63,475 nt of DNA, filler included, from 19 parts of 19 records of this genome joined end to end with filler, not necessarily neighbours in it, one strand, 5' to 3'. Numbered from the whole stretch's first letter, positions 1 to 12,064 are shown. Notes: generated by a model not told the origin, from the sequence alone. Translations and numbers: made by a program.

Positions 1-547
1 AGTTTGCCGAGATCATGGTTTTCAAAGTTTACTGAATGAATTATTTTCTAGAAATGTAATGTTTCAAAATCAAACTGAATTTGAAAAATCATTTACCAAG
101 ATGCGAAAAAATACGAATGGAGCGTTTCACAGTTTTTTGCCTTTGTAATCAATGATCAATCACCGCTTCAAAAAATCATTTTTTCAGAACCAGACAAAAA
201 GCATCTTTTCTTCATTTTTGAAGTGGGTATATGAATTTACAAAAATCATGTTGCAATATTATTCGTTTCCAATGATTGTTCCTGATGAAATGAAACTTTT
301 TTATTGGGGTAACGAATTTGTAACGGTCTTTTGCCTGTCTATTTTGGTGTATTTTCGATCCAAAAACAGCAAATATATTGGTGAAAAACTCTCCTTTGGA
401 AGAAAAATCTTATTTTCGTGTTCATAATTTTCCACAAAAACTATTTTTTCGCCACCAATTCAGTTTTGAAGTTTGAAAATGCGGAATAACCTGAAAATTA
501 AAACATATTTCAAAGAGGCAAAACCCTAGAATCCCGTAAAAAAAATT

Positions 548-3500
548 TTAAATATCTTCTCTCATTTTCAAAAATTCTTCTCTATGCTCGAAAGTTTCAG
601 GGAGTACGGGTCGTGGATTTTGTGCATACGAATGTTGTTTTTTATCCAAGTACAGAAGCGAAATATTTGATGCTTCATCCAAAACAATTTGATGGCTTAT
701 GCGTTTTTTCAAATGTGTGTTCGTTTTCAACAGATTTTCAATTGCTTTTACATAAGCAACATGTGGTTTGTAAACGAAGTTTTGGATGTGTTTTTTTTTT
801 TCAATGTCTTCTTGTGACAAAAGCACCAAGACATTATCCTTTTTCTGTGCTCTGGATAATGCGACATAAAGCTGTCCGGTTGCTAAGGGGTTACATCCGT
901 GTCGTAAGTCCAGAGCAATTTTCTCAAGTGTCTGTGCTTGTGACTTGTGTATGGTGAGTGCATATGCTGGGCGCAACGGAAATTGTTTTCGCCTAATATC
1001 AGTTTTTCTCGATTTCTCCGCCTTTAGTGAAAAATTTATTCGGGGAATCAACTCCACGTGTTTTTTACCATCTTGATTCAAAAATTCAATTGCAATGACA
1101 CGATTTTTTGGTCCAATTTCTTGTATAATACCCCTGCTCCCATTCACCACTCCCTTTTCAAGGTCTAAATTTCTCAAAACCATCACAACATCCTTTTCCT
1201 TGAGTATCAATTTGTGTGGCGGGACTCCCTTTTCATTTCTCCAAGTAAGATACTGCAAATTTTCCCGAACAGGGAGTTCCCTTTTGTCTGGAAAAACATA
1301 ATAATCGGAACTAAACAAAATATGAGTTTCTTTTTCATTTCGATTTTGAAATTTTTCGTTATGTTTATCGACCCAAAAATTTTTCGGGCATAGAATTGCA
1401 TTTTTGAGGTTGAAACTTTCTTCACCTGAATCAATAAAATTGTAAATATCTTCTGGCTCGGAAGTGAATTTCAAATGTTTAAAATCAAAAAGGGAAATTT
1501 CTCCAGACGAGAGTTTCTGTAACTCTTTTGCAAAATCTGGATCTTTTTCCTGTCGTTTCGAACCAATCAAACCCAAAATTTCAACATGTTTTTTCCACTC
1601 GGGACTTTCAATTATGTGATGTCTCATGAGAGTTTCTACATAATGAGCAGTTGTTACAACAGGCGGTAATTGTGTGAAGTCACCCAAAAGCAATAGTGTG
1701 ATTCCCCCAAATGGTTTTGACGAATCTCTAATATCTTGCAAAATTTCATCCACCAAAGAAAATAATTTTCCGTGAAGCATGGAAATTTCATCTATCAACA
1801 GAAAATCAATGGCATTCAAAAGTTGATGTCGTTGTGTATTGGGAAGAATCACATTTCTCTTTTCATTGTAATCAAGTGGTAACTGCAAAATTTGATGTAA
1901 AGTAGAACCGCGCTCAAAATTTCGTGCTGCAATTCCAGTAGTTGCCGATGGCCAACCATAAAATCCTTGTGCTCTCAAATCAGTTAATGTCCAATTTGCC
2001 AAGAGTGTTTTCCCAGTCCCGGCCATGCCTTGCCCAAATACAATTCGGTTTTGTTTTTTTTTTATTGATGTCAAGACTGTGTCGTGGATAAAAGTTTGCA
2101 AGTTATTTGCAATTTCAGCGTATTTTTTGCGATTCAATTCCGCACGCATCCGCTCCACTGGGAATGCCTGTTTCAAAATATCAAATTCAGTTTTTCTTGT
2201 TGAACCTGGTAAAAGAGGTAACATTTTCACACTGTCGGGGTCGATGGTTCGATTTTGAAACATTTCATGTAAACGCTCGCGTAATTTTTTGTCGAGTTCG
2301 AAAATTGATTTCCCTTGAATATCCCCCCACATGTTCTCTTTGAATTTGTTGTAAAGTTTTTTTGCATTTGCACCCTCAGTAACTAAAGTGACAAAAAAAC
2401 TTCTTCGCGTTGCTTCGCTTGTTGGTAACGCGACAGCATCTTGAAAAGCCAGTTCAAAGTTGTCTTTATTTTCTGTCAAACCAAGTGCATCTGCACATTG
2501 CGAAAACGTTTGGTGGATTTTCCCTGTGAAATCAGTTTTCAAATTTTCATAGCTCGTCGCACTTTTCGACAGAAGGAGTTTTCGAAGCATAAAAAGTTCA
2601 TTATTTTTTGGATTTACAAAGCGAACACTGCAAATTCTTTTCTGTTTTCTTGAGAAGGGCACAAACGTACGCATTAAGGAAAGAAGTTGTTTTTTGGTGC
2701 AATGCGGTCGCATTTTTGAAAGTTTAGTTTTGTCGGTGTGAAAAAGTGTTCGGCCTTTGAATTTATTCAAAAAATTCTTATCACAATTGAAATCTATTTC
2801 ACGATACTTTTCGAAAAAATCTAAAAATTCGATTGATAAGATTTCTGGAATTTTTGTTTCACGAGACAAATATAATTCTTGCGGAGTCAACTTCAAACTT
2901 GGTTTTTCCGTTTTAGGGTTTAAACCTGCTATCCGTTTGATTGGATCATAAATTTTCAAATCAGTTATACTTGGCTCAGTGTAATACACTCGCCAACCGT
3001 GTAAAAGCCATGCAGCCTCACAGGCACCAAGGTACATCCCCTCGAGATATTCATCCACGTAATCTCGTTCACCGTTTTTATCCAAAATTTTACGTCGAAG
3101 GCGCACGCTAGGGTCAATTTTGCTTACATAATCTAAAATATACCCAATAATGCCACTTTGCATTACAGGCATCGCGTGGACATGGCCGTTGAATCGCCAT
3201 ACGGAATTACGGTGGTGTTCTACTAAATTTTTATCAGTTTCAGGATTGCGTCGTCGCAAAATTGCAAATCCTTTATCGGTATAATAAGTTTCACTCACTT
3301 CAGCATAATGTGGGTAATTGTAACTACATTTGTTCGGGTTTGTTTGTCCCCCACAACGTGTCGAGTGCCTGTGAGTCATATGCTTTTTCACACATTTCTG
3401 AACATTTTCTAAAAAAGTTTGTGCTAAATTTTTCAACTCGTGATCCTGTTCCAAGTCTTTTTCATTCAATTCATTAACATTCAAACCAAGCTCCTCTCGC

Positions 3501-5674
3501 AAATCGGCGAGCGCGTGCTCCATTGTTGGCAGTTCTGCACCAATGTGTTCGTCAATACGACGGGGGTCTGTGTAATCCGCATCTGTCCACCATAAAATAT
3601 GAGCATGGGGCAAGCCCCTTTTTTGAAATTCAATTCGTACAGCATATGCAAAAACTTTTCCAAAAACTTTTTTCTTTTTTACATATGAAATATATTTTTC
3701 CAACAACAACTTGAATATTCTGGTGATTAAATCTGCGTGTTCATTGGCATTATGTCGTTTGTCAGTCTGTGGAAAATTGTAAATTCTATTTTCTTCTGGA
3801 AAAAGTTCGTCTGTCTCGTGCAAAATTCTTGTGACAAACTCCTGCAAACCTTCACTGCCATTTGCACCACATTTTTCCCTTGCGTATTGAATTAACTCGG
3901 GGTCTTTGCAAATCTCCACAAAATCAGGAGTAGCAGTATTAAAAGTAAATGTACTCATAACGGTAGGGTTCCCTTTTCTGGCTGCCAGGGTTGTTGTTTT
4001 CGATTTTGCTAAACGCATGTAGGGTATACCACCAACTTTACTTTCGGGGACATAGAAACCCCCTCTTTTAAAATTTTCCCCTTCTTGATCCTGAAAAGAC
4101 TGCAGTCTGTTGTATTCGCATAAGGTTATTTTTTGTTTCGATTGTCTTGCTTTTTCAAAAAACATTCGACGCTGTTCATAACGTGAATGATTAAGTAAAA
4201 TAAACTCATTTTCTAATTTTCCACAATTTCGGAAAATCGGATCGCGGGCTAAGCGTAAACGTGTGACATCGCGTACTGAAATATTTTTCCCACCGAGCTT
4301 ATGATTTGCATCCCATGCGCCCCCATTTTGTGCATGCAATATTGTTAATGAATATTGTTCAAATATGCTCCTCCAAACAGGAATAAATGAAATTGATGGA
4401 GTTGTTCCAGCAGGAACTTTTTTAACAACAATGACTTGTCTCTCCACATTTTTACTATTTTGAGGATTTTCAATTTTCACTAAAAAAAGAGGATCTTTGC
4501 ATTCATCCAGCACCTGGATTGAACCGTACGAAATGTCATTATCACGTTTAGCCACGCGCTCCAATTCGTATGCTGAGACAAAATTTCGTACGTCATTATT
4601 TTGGTCTTTCAAAAAATCGCGTAGCATTAAAAAATCATTTTCTTCAACATTGTATCGCGTTACCTGTTGCGAAACATTTCCCTCAAGTATAAAATTTTCA
4701 CTTGGTGTATCATTAATTTTATTCATTGCACTGTACACTTGTCCTTGCATATGAAGCCATGCTGCTTGCTTTGGCCGATTGTTATGCGAAAATTTTGCAC
4801 CAGTATACGCTAGTTTCAGTAAATTTTGAAAAGAACGAGCATTATTTCGAAATTTTGCGGAAGACAAAAATTTCTGAATTTTTATTGGAGCATTTTTAAC
4901 GTTCTGCCACAGTGGGACATATTTATCTTTTAAATCCTTATTTCCTCCACAACAAATTTGATTCGTTTCAAGAACATGTAACTGGGCAAAACACGTTTCA
5001 CAAATTTTCCATCTCGCACTAGCTTTATGGGAGTTGTCGATTTTTTCAATTTCGCGTACATTTTTTGATTTGTCTTTGGGACGTCTTAAAATTCCAATAT
5101 TTTTACTTAATGCATTTTCCTGAAGTTCCAAAACAGATTTTACTTTTTTCCTCAAATATTCCAATCTTCGGATGCCACTTCTTGATTTCGAAGAAAATTT
5201 TCTTCGTGTTTTCTTTTTTATACATACATTTGATATACTTTTTTTTTGTTTTTCGTCTATTGTCCTTTCCTTTGATGTGGGAATGTTTATTTCAGATATC
5301 GATTTTGAATTCGATTCTGAATTCGATTCTGAATCATTTTGCAATTCTTCATTCTCTTGAATCTCGCATTTTCCATTTTCCAAAGGTTTGGCAGAACAGA
5401 TTCTCTTTCGTTCTGTCCCATTTCGTTCTGTCCCACGAAGTTTTCGAGTACTGTTTTTTTCTTTCTCTCTTGTGGAAGGTTCGTCATTTCTTACTCTCTT
5501 CCTCGCGCGCAGTGCGTTCGTTGCTCCTCTTGTCGACGGTTCGTCGTTTCTTGCTCTCTTCCTCGTGCGCACTGCGCGCGAGGCTCCGCTTGTCGAAGGT
5601 TCGTCTTTTCTTGCTCTCTTCCTTGCGCGCAGTGCGTGCGTTGCTTTGGCTGCCCTGGCTGCCTTTGCTAGTCT
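548..5674 (-). mobile_element. Helitron Rep-helicase (HUH/Y2 Rep + PIF1 SF1B helicase), intronless, 5'-truncated by contig end
   Basis: Rep: motif 1 region STFTFN, HUH motif EFQKRGLPHAHILWW, two-tyrosine motif YILDYVSK. Cys/His clusters CETC..ICC and HRHSTRC..C. PIF1 motifs GMAGTGKT, IDEISM, GDFTQLPPV, RQEKDPDF, VMVLRNLD..GVVNGSRG, RKQFPLRPAYALTIHKSQAQT, GQLYVALSRA. The frame stays open upstream of the GTG at 5572 to the contig edge (RLAKAARAAKATHALRARKRARKDEPS...). Confidence 0.93.
5469..5648 (-). repeat. In-frame 60-bp tandem repeat x3 encoding a basic 20-aa unit (ALRARKRARNDEPST-like)
   Basis: Units begin CTTGT(G/C)GA(A/C)GGTTCGTC at 5469, 5529 and 5589 and are much more GC-rich than the rest of the contig. 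Shorter 15-bp (GTERN) and 12-bp (ESNS) repeats lie at about 5305-5435. Confidence 0.9.
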
Positions 5675-5676
5675 TT

Positions 5677-5776
5677 NNNNNNNNNNNNNNNNNNNNNNNN
5701 NNNNNNNNNNNNNNNNNNNNTTAATTAATTAANNNNNNNNNNNNNNNNNNNNNNNNNNNNNNNNNNNNNNNNNNNN
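5677..5776. other. Artificial contig-joining linker (first of 18)
   Basis: 44 N + TTAATTAATTAA (stops in all six frames) + 44 N. Identical linkers start at 5677, 8265, 14736, 17612, 19763, 22431, 25088, 27792, 30495, 33305, 36389, 38637, 41545, 44030, 47012, 49188, 51457 and 56160. Adjacency across linkers has no biological meaning. Confidence 0.98.
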
Positions 5777-5989
5777 GTGTGTGTGTGTAGTTTTGTTTTT
5801 CAAGCAGGATATTTATGTATATTTATATTTGTAAATGAGTGCACAATGGCAAATACACCAATTATAGACGAAATTTGTAAATACAGATGTATTGCAACAA
5901 AAATTATACATTTAAAATGTAGTTTTGTGCCTTGAAAAAGAGTGAAATAGTTATGGATTTTTAAAAATTGATTTTCAACACATTACAAC

Positions 5990-7840
5990 CCGCCAACGGC
6001 TCGCTTGTTACAAATGTTTTGATGTTTCTTCACTCCAAAACAATAGTTCAGACATTTGGTTTTGTAGAATTATGCTTCCACATGACACATGTGTTTTTTT
6101 GAACTTGCCTTGTAATATTTTATTTCTACGATTTGTGTGAAGAACTTTATTTTTCTAAACCTCAAAGAAAACATATTCAAAAATCGTAAGTTAATAACAA
6201 AGTACATTGTAAGAATATTAACTTACACATACAATGTTAATTCAAAATAATTCTTTTTCAATATTCATTGTGTTTTGGGCTCAGGACAAATATATTTTTT
6301 CTGGAGACGTATATTTTGGTATGTCTGATCCCATGTTGTAAAAGGTTTGCCTCTTCCGGCGAGGTGAAAGGCAGTTATAAGAGTATTGAAAAGTTAGTAA
6401 TAAAGGTCCAAGCTCCTGCTTGTACTTTATTTGTATGTAACATTGTTTTTTTACTATTTAAATTCCATATTTTTCAAAAGTTCAATTTTCATTATCATGC
6501 TTTTCGCTAACACTCTCCAAAATACAATATCCTTTTTTTGCCATAAGATTGTGCAGTTCAATTATTTAAACATGATGTTTAATTTTTAGCATTTCCCAAG
6601 TCGAAATCAAAAAGAACGTGAATTACACATTAAATGACAAATAAAAATCACTTTGCATTGCAGCACAATGTTCAAAACAATGAACAATATCACTTAATTG
6701 TTCTTTGTTTCTGAACTAATAACAAAATCTTAAAAAAATCAACACTGCCAAAACACTGGTTGATTTGAATGATGAAAGTGAATAAATTAATGTGTATGCA
6801 GACATGTAACATGTTGGCAACACACGCAAAACAACACAAGCATTGTAACATAAATTTAAGCTCGATTTTCAATACATATGAGTTGTTACCTTCGATAGTC
6901 GCCTTCCTTTGTGTACATTATAAAGTTGCTTCTGTCCAAGAAAACCACCAAAGTTTTGACAAAAAATGTAAGTTCCATCAATGACACCAACAATCCAACG
7001 TTTAAACATATTTTCACTTATTTGCTTGCACATCCAAGTTGAATAATCTCGCTTTATTCTTTCAACAGAAAGGTTGTGGTTTGCAGAAAACCCAAGGTGA
7101 TAAGGAACAAACTTTGTATATATCGCAGTTTGAACAGTTCTGAGCTTGGATCCAACTGATCCAAGAGACAGACAGAAAAATATCCGTATAATCCTGTACG
7201 TGATTGCAGTATTGAACCAAAATAAAAAAAATTTCACAAGCACCTCATCAATTCTAAAGTCATTCAAGGAACAAATATATTTGTTATTTTCTAAATAAGT
7301 TCTAATTCAAGAATATTTTATCTTGAAAAATCTAGCAGTGTTGTACAACATACTGCAAACTTTGCAATAAAAGAATAATTTGCAAATATTGTTCTCGACT
7401 GTGAGAAAAATATTTAGATGTGAAGCGCAGATTGACAACTCGACCAATTCGTGTGACATGAATTTTCTCGTGCATGCTGTAGACGTTTTTGTTTGGCAAA
7501 CGTACAATTCTATTTCGCAATTAGCATATTATCATATGCTAGATAGAACGAATGTCGAAAGCCAATATGGTTTTTGTTTTTTCAATCCGAAACCATTTTT
7601 TCTTTTCGAACCTTGAAATACCCAAAAGTATTACAGAATATTTTTTGAACTTTATTCTGTCATATCGTGCATGAAAGTCTGTAGTTGTTCTTGCATACAT
7701 TGGAAAAGTATTTCTTGTAACGTTACAAAAAAAGTTTATCGAATTAGCAAGGCAGATATCTAAGAATGAACGCTTTGCATTTGTTTGTATTTTTGCAGTA
7801 AAAACTGCTTTGTGTTTTTTTAACATCTCCTCATGCATTC
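5990..7840 (-). pseudogene. Degenerate PIF/Harbinger-related (ISL2EU-like) DDE transposase
   Basis: Fragment 6869-7267 reads FVPYHLGF...IVGVIDGTYIFCQ...QKQLYNVHKGRRLSK, matching the DGT catalytic and Y..HK motifs of DDE_Tnp_4-type transposases. Surrounding frames are broken by stops and frameshifts. Boundaries are approximate. Confidence 0.6.
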
Positions 7841-8082
7841 AAGATTACAGCACATCGGATTACATCACGTTATATTAAAAATTCCAGCTATAACACATAC
7901 AACATGGGAATGGAAGTAGTCTGCAACAGTTATGTCAATAATGTTTGAAATGGGAACTTCAGGTGTATTAAATTCCGCCTCCAAAACGTCAAGTCTCGGA
8001 CGTATCCGAAATTTTTTTCTTCAGACTTCTTACATGTCTTTGTGTATTTTATGTTGAAATTTCAACACATCGAATTCATACA

Positions 8083-8256
8083 CTGTAAAGTACCGAGTCG
8101 TACGACCGCATTTATTTTTCATAATTTTTTTTCGAAAGTAGGTGGGGCTCTACGACTCGGACAAGCCCTACGACTCTGTACGTTTTCGGAAGAAAAGAAT
8201 CCTTCGACTCCGTACTTTTGGAGGGAAAAGTGGCTTTACAACTCGATACTCATCTG
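8083..8256. mobile_element. MITE-like remnant with imperfect terminal inverted repeats
   Basis: Left AGTACCGAGTCGTA vs reverse complement of right AGTATCGAGTTGTA (12/14). Internal sub-repeats CTACGACTC x2. Sits at a contig end. Confidence 0.4.
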
Positions 8257-8364
8257 AAAAACAANNNNNNNNNNNNNNNNNNNNNNNNNNNNNNNNNNNN
8301 NNNNNNNNTTAATTAATTAANNNNNNNNNNNNNNNNNNNNNNNNNNNNNNNNNNNNNNNNNNNN

Positions 8365-9855
8365 AGTCTCTTTATAATTCACATTGGGTGATAAGGTGAA
8401 AAAATTCCATAATTTCATATTTGTACTCAATGAAGTTGTATGTTGCACCCCTGATGCTGCCTCTTCAAACATTTTTTTAGTGAAAAATTCATCATCCGTT
8501 GTGGTAATTTTATGATCTGCCTTTAAAGAATAAGTCAATCCTATTTTTTGAAAAGCATTTTTTTTACTCTCAGATTTTGGAGCAAAAGGATACAGGCGAT
8601 CCATGTTCAACTGTAAAGAAGGTAGTGACATGGAAATGGTTTCTGTATTTGTATTTTGCGAATGAGAAGCGGTTACTGACATGTTAAAGGGCGTTCCCAC
8701 AAATTTTTTATAATAAGAGATCGAAGAACTTAAGGTATTGGTAAGTGTTTGAGCATTGTTTAATTGATTTAAAGATTCTTTGTAATATTTACTACTTCCT
8801 AAATTTACAGAAGCGGAAAGTTTTGAATTAGGATTTAATTTAGAGTCTTGTGAATGCGACCAACGAATATTAAAGTTTTTCTGTTTGCTATAACCATCAA
8901 ATCCCTTAATTTCATAAACTAAGTTTTCAAAGCGATAACTCATATTACCAGAGTATTTGTATCGCTTTTTGTAAGAGGTTTCAGCGTTAAGCCCCCAACT
9001 GCCATTTGCATACACATCTCCTAAAACGGTAAGATCAAAATAATCGTTTCCAGCAAAATAATAGCCTCCATTTTGTAAAAAGAAACCTTGGCTATTAGAT
9101 TCTCCGTACTGGGGGACAATAAATCCAGAAGTTTTTTTGGTTGTTAAAGGAAAATAAGCAAAAGGAAGAAAAGCAGGTGTCGGAACATCTGCAATTACTA
9201 AGTTGGTGAAACCGACAATAATTTTTTTATTCGGAACAATTTTCGCCTTTCGGGTCGCTAAATAATAATCTGGATTTTTTTTGTCAGAAGTTGTAAATCG
9301 AATATTTCTTATGAATAAAGTGGAATCATTTATCTTTTTGGTTTTCTCTCCTAAAGTAATGATTCCATTTTGTTGCGTCCTCAATCCATAAATGATGGCT
9401 TTTTCTGTTTTAAAATTAAAAACAATAGAATCTTGTGTAGATTCTTCCCCCCCTTGTTTAAAAACAGGAAGCTGAGAATACTTACCAATACTATCCTGAA
9501 TTCCTCTAGCCAAAATAGTATGGGTATGATAGTCAATATTTATTTTACCAGACTTTATATAGATGTCTTTGTAAGTAATTTCTGCCTGATTATACAAAGT
9601 TATTTTTTTACGAGTAACCTCTTCTAATATATAATCCTCTGCGGTATGGTTAATAATAGCATCGATAACTTCTTTTTTTACAGGAGGATCTCTTAGGATA
9701 CTGTCTTTTTTTATAGGGCTAACAACGGGAGATAAACGATCTATTTGTTTTGAAGAAGGTTTCTTTTGAAAAGTCTCAATTTGAGCATGAGTTTCCTGTT
9801 GCCCAAAGTATAGTAAGCTTCCTATAAAAAGTATAAGGTATAAATTTGTTCGCAA
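8365..9855 (-). CDS. lptD: Putative LPS-assembly protein LptD (Bacteroidota type), 3'-truncated
   Basis: Signal-peptide-like start (M)RTNLYLILFIGSLLYFG at TTG 9855 (the ORF track's 9921 start overlaps a promoter motif). OstA-like N-region, IADVPTP..LPFAYFP, GFFLQNGGYYF, FNIRWSHSQD. Divergent from the amidase, as is usual in Flavobacteria. Confidence 0.85.
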
Positions 9856-9867
9856 GACTTTATATAC

Positions 9868-9926
9868 TATTTTTGTGCAATAGGGCATTGTTTCTTTAAG
9901 CCAAACCTTGTAAGATGCCAAAATTA
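9868..9926. promoter_or_regulatory. Two overlapping Bacteroidota -7 promoter motifs (TAnnTTTG)
   Basis: TATTTTTG at 9868-9875 (+, toward the amidase) and TAATTTTG at 9926-9919 (-, toward lptD). Confidence 0.55.
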
Positions 9927-9940
9927 ATTAAAAAATATGG

Positions 9941-11053
9941 ATGCACTTGATACAAAACTTTAAAATTAAGGGTAAAAAAGTACAATTTGTATTTTGTTTG
10001 TTGTTTTTTAGCTTCTTTTTATTTCCAGGAATTGCAATTGCTCAAAAAAAGACTTATACCGTTGTATTGGATGCGGGGCATGGAGGAAAAGATCCTGGAA
10101 AAATAGGATCTCGTAAATACAAAGAAAAAGATATTGCTTTGGAAATTGTATTAAAAGTAGGAAAAATACTTCAAAAAGAAAAAGACCTTATCGTTATTTA
10201 CACTCGGAAAAAAGATATCCTTGTTGATTTGTGGGAGCGAGGTCGAATCGCCAATAAAGCCGCGGCTGATTTATTTGTTTCTATACATTGCAATGCTCAT
10301 CATACGCAAGCAGAAGGTTCCGAGACTTGGGTTTTAGGTTTGCATGCCAATAAAAGAAATTTTGAAGTCGCAAAAGCAGAGAATAAAGTAATTCTTCTGG
10401 AAGAAAACTACGAAGAAAAATACAAAGGTTTCAATCCAAATTCTCCTGAATCTGTAATTGGATTGACGCTAGAGCAAGAAGAAAATTTAGACAAAAGTAT
10501 TTCTCTGGCAAGTGCTATTCAAAAAAATTTCAAGGGGTCTTTAAGAAGAATAGACAGAGGCGTAAAACAAGCTGGATTTGTTGTTTTACATCAAACCTAT
10601 ATGCCAAGTGTTTTGGTGGAAACAGGCTTTTTGACCCATAAAAAAGAAGGGGCTTATTTAAATTCTAAAAAAGGAAAGCTAGAAATATCAAACGCTATTT
10701 CTAAAGCAATCATCAGCTATATAAACGAAGCGAAGTTAAATACGGTTATTTCAAAAACAGCCCTTCAGATGGTAGAAAAGAACAAAATAGCTTCCGATAA
10801 AAAGGTCTATTTTAAAGTTCAAATTGCCTCAGGAAAAACGAAAGTAAAAACGGCCCATTACAATTTTAAAGGTTTAGAAGGTGTTGAACGAGTTCCTGTA
10901 GGAGCTTATTACAAATACTACTTAGGAAAAACAACAAGTTATGAGCAATCAAAAAAACAGTTGAAATTCGTAAAAAAGAAAGGCTATAAGTCTGCATTTA
11001 TTGTCGCTTTTAAAGACGATGTGAAGATCCCTCTTTCCAAAGCGATAAAATAA
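9941..11053 (+). CDS. N-acetylmuramoyl-L-alanine amidase (Amidase_3) with C-terminal SPOR-like domain
   Basis: VVLDAGHGGKDPG, EKDIAL, FVSIHCNA, MPSVLVETGF; C-terminal FKVQIA...KKGYKSAFIVAF. Confidence 0.93.
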   Translation: MHLIQNFKIKGKKVQFVFCLLFFSFFLFPGIAIAQKKTYTVVLDAGHGGKDPGKIGSRKYKEKDIALEIVLKVGKILQKEKDLIVIYTRKKDILVDLWERGRIANKAAADLFVSIHCNAHHTQAEGSETWVLGLHANKRNFEVAKAENKVILLEENYEEKYKGFNPNSPESVIGLTLEQEENLDKSISLASAIQKNFKGSLRRIDRGVKQAGFVVLHQTYMPSVLVETGFLTHKKEGAYLNSKKGKLEISNAISKAIISYINEAKLNTVISKTALQMVEKNKIASDKKVYFKVQIASGKTKVKTAHYNFKGLEGVERVPVGAYYKYYLGKTTSYEQSKKQLKFVKKKGYKSAFIVAFKDDVKIPLSKAIK

Positions 11054-11085
11054 AGGAATAAGTTTTTACTCAAACAAATAATTAG

Positions 11086-11093
11086 TATTTTTG
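11086..11093 (+). promoter_or_regulatory. Bacteroidota -7 promoter motif
   Basis: TATTTTTG just upstream of the MCE gene start. Confidence 0.5.
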
Positions 11094-11110
11094 TTTAAAA
11101 ATTTTAATTC

Positions 11111-12058
11111 ATGATTAAAATCTCAAAAGAGTTTAAAACAGGAATTTTTGTAATTGTAGTAACGGCTCTTTTTATTTGGGGATACAATTATCTAAAGGGA
11201 CACAATTTATTTGAGGGAACGTCTAACTCTTATTTTACCGAATACAATAATGTTCAAGGGCTAAATACAGCAAGTGCTGTTACTGTAAACGGATACGAAG
11301 TAGGAAAAGTAGTTGAAATTACCTTCAATAAGAATCCTGAAAAAAGAGGAGAGCTAAGAGTGGAATTTAAAATAGAAAGCGATTTTACTTTTTCTAAAAA
11401 TAGCATTGCTAAAATTTACAGTGCCAGTTTAATGGGAGGGAAGTCACTTGCAATAATCCCTTCCTATAAAGGAGAGAAAGCAGTCTCTGGAGATTATTTA
11501 AAAGGAGAAATAGAATCTGATATGTTTTCTTCTGTTGGAGAAAAACTAAACCCACTTCAAGCAAAACTTGAAAGTGTAATTGTAAGTGCCGATTCTCTTT
11601 TGGTACATCTGAATGATGTTTTAGATATTGAATCTATTAAGAGTCTCAAAAAAAGTATTGCTTCTTTTGAAAATACCATGTCGAATATAGAAAATACTTC
11701 TAAAAATATAGATTCTATTTTAATAGAAAATAGGTTCTCTTTAAAGGCATCCATAAACAACACAGAAAAAATTACGGAAAATTTTTCTAAATTTTCAGAT
11801 ACCTTAGTACAAGCAAATATAGGTTTGTTGGTGAAGAAAATTGAAGATACGACAGACAATCTTCAAAGTTTGACCCTTGGCATTCAAAATGGAGAAGGAA
11901 CTCTTGGAAAATTATTAAAAGACGATGCTCTCTATAATAATTTCAATAAGGCTACCATAGAACTAGAAGCTTTGTTGAAAGAGGTAAAATTACATCCAAA
12001 ACGATTTGTTCATTTTTCCCTTTTTGGAAAGAAAAAGAAAAAATACGAGGCTGATTAA
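11111..12058 (+). CDS. mlaD: MlaD/MCE family protein
   Basis: N-terminal TM anchor, NVQGL...VTVNGYEVGKV MCE motif, helical C-terminus with GEGTLGKLLKDDALY and HPKRFVHFSLF. Confidence 0.9.
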   Translation: MIKISKEFKTGIFVIVVTALFIWGYNYLKGHNLFEGTSNSYFTEYNNVQGLNTASAVTVNGYEVGKVVEITFNKNPEKRGELRVEFKIESDFTFSKNSIAKIYSASLMGGKSLAIIPSYKGEKAVSGDYLKGEIESDMFSSVGEKLNPLQAKLESVIVSADSLLVHLNDVLDIESIKSLKKSIASFENTMSNIENTSKNIDSILIENRFSLKASINNTEKITENFSKFSDTLVQANIGLLVKKIEDTTDNLQSLTLGIQNGEGTLGKLLKDDALYNNFNKATIELEALLKEVKLHPKRFVHFSLFGKKKKKYEAD

Positions 12059-12064
12059 AAAGGA

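Noticed and set aside
40..547. Helitron 3' terminus (CTAG near 48-51 or 526-529)
   Set aside because: No convincing GC-rich hairpin just upstream of either CTAG on the element strand. The end cannot be assigned from one copy.
5469..5648. 60-bp periodic repeat as a CRISPR array
   Set aside because: No unique spacers, the units are frame-preserving within an ORF, and there are no cas genes.
5721..5732. Recurring TTAATTAATTAA as a biological repeat or CRISPR-like array
   Set aside because: Always centred in 44+44 Ns. It is a synthetic six-frame stop linker.
613..5732. Plus-strand ORFs overlapping the Helitron, and similar antisense ORFs over icd, mlaD, hsdR, nqrE/F and proB
   Set aside because: Shadow ORFs opposite well-supported genes, with no motifs of their own.
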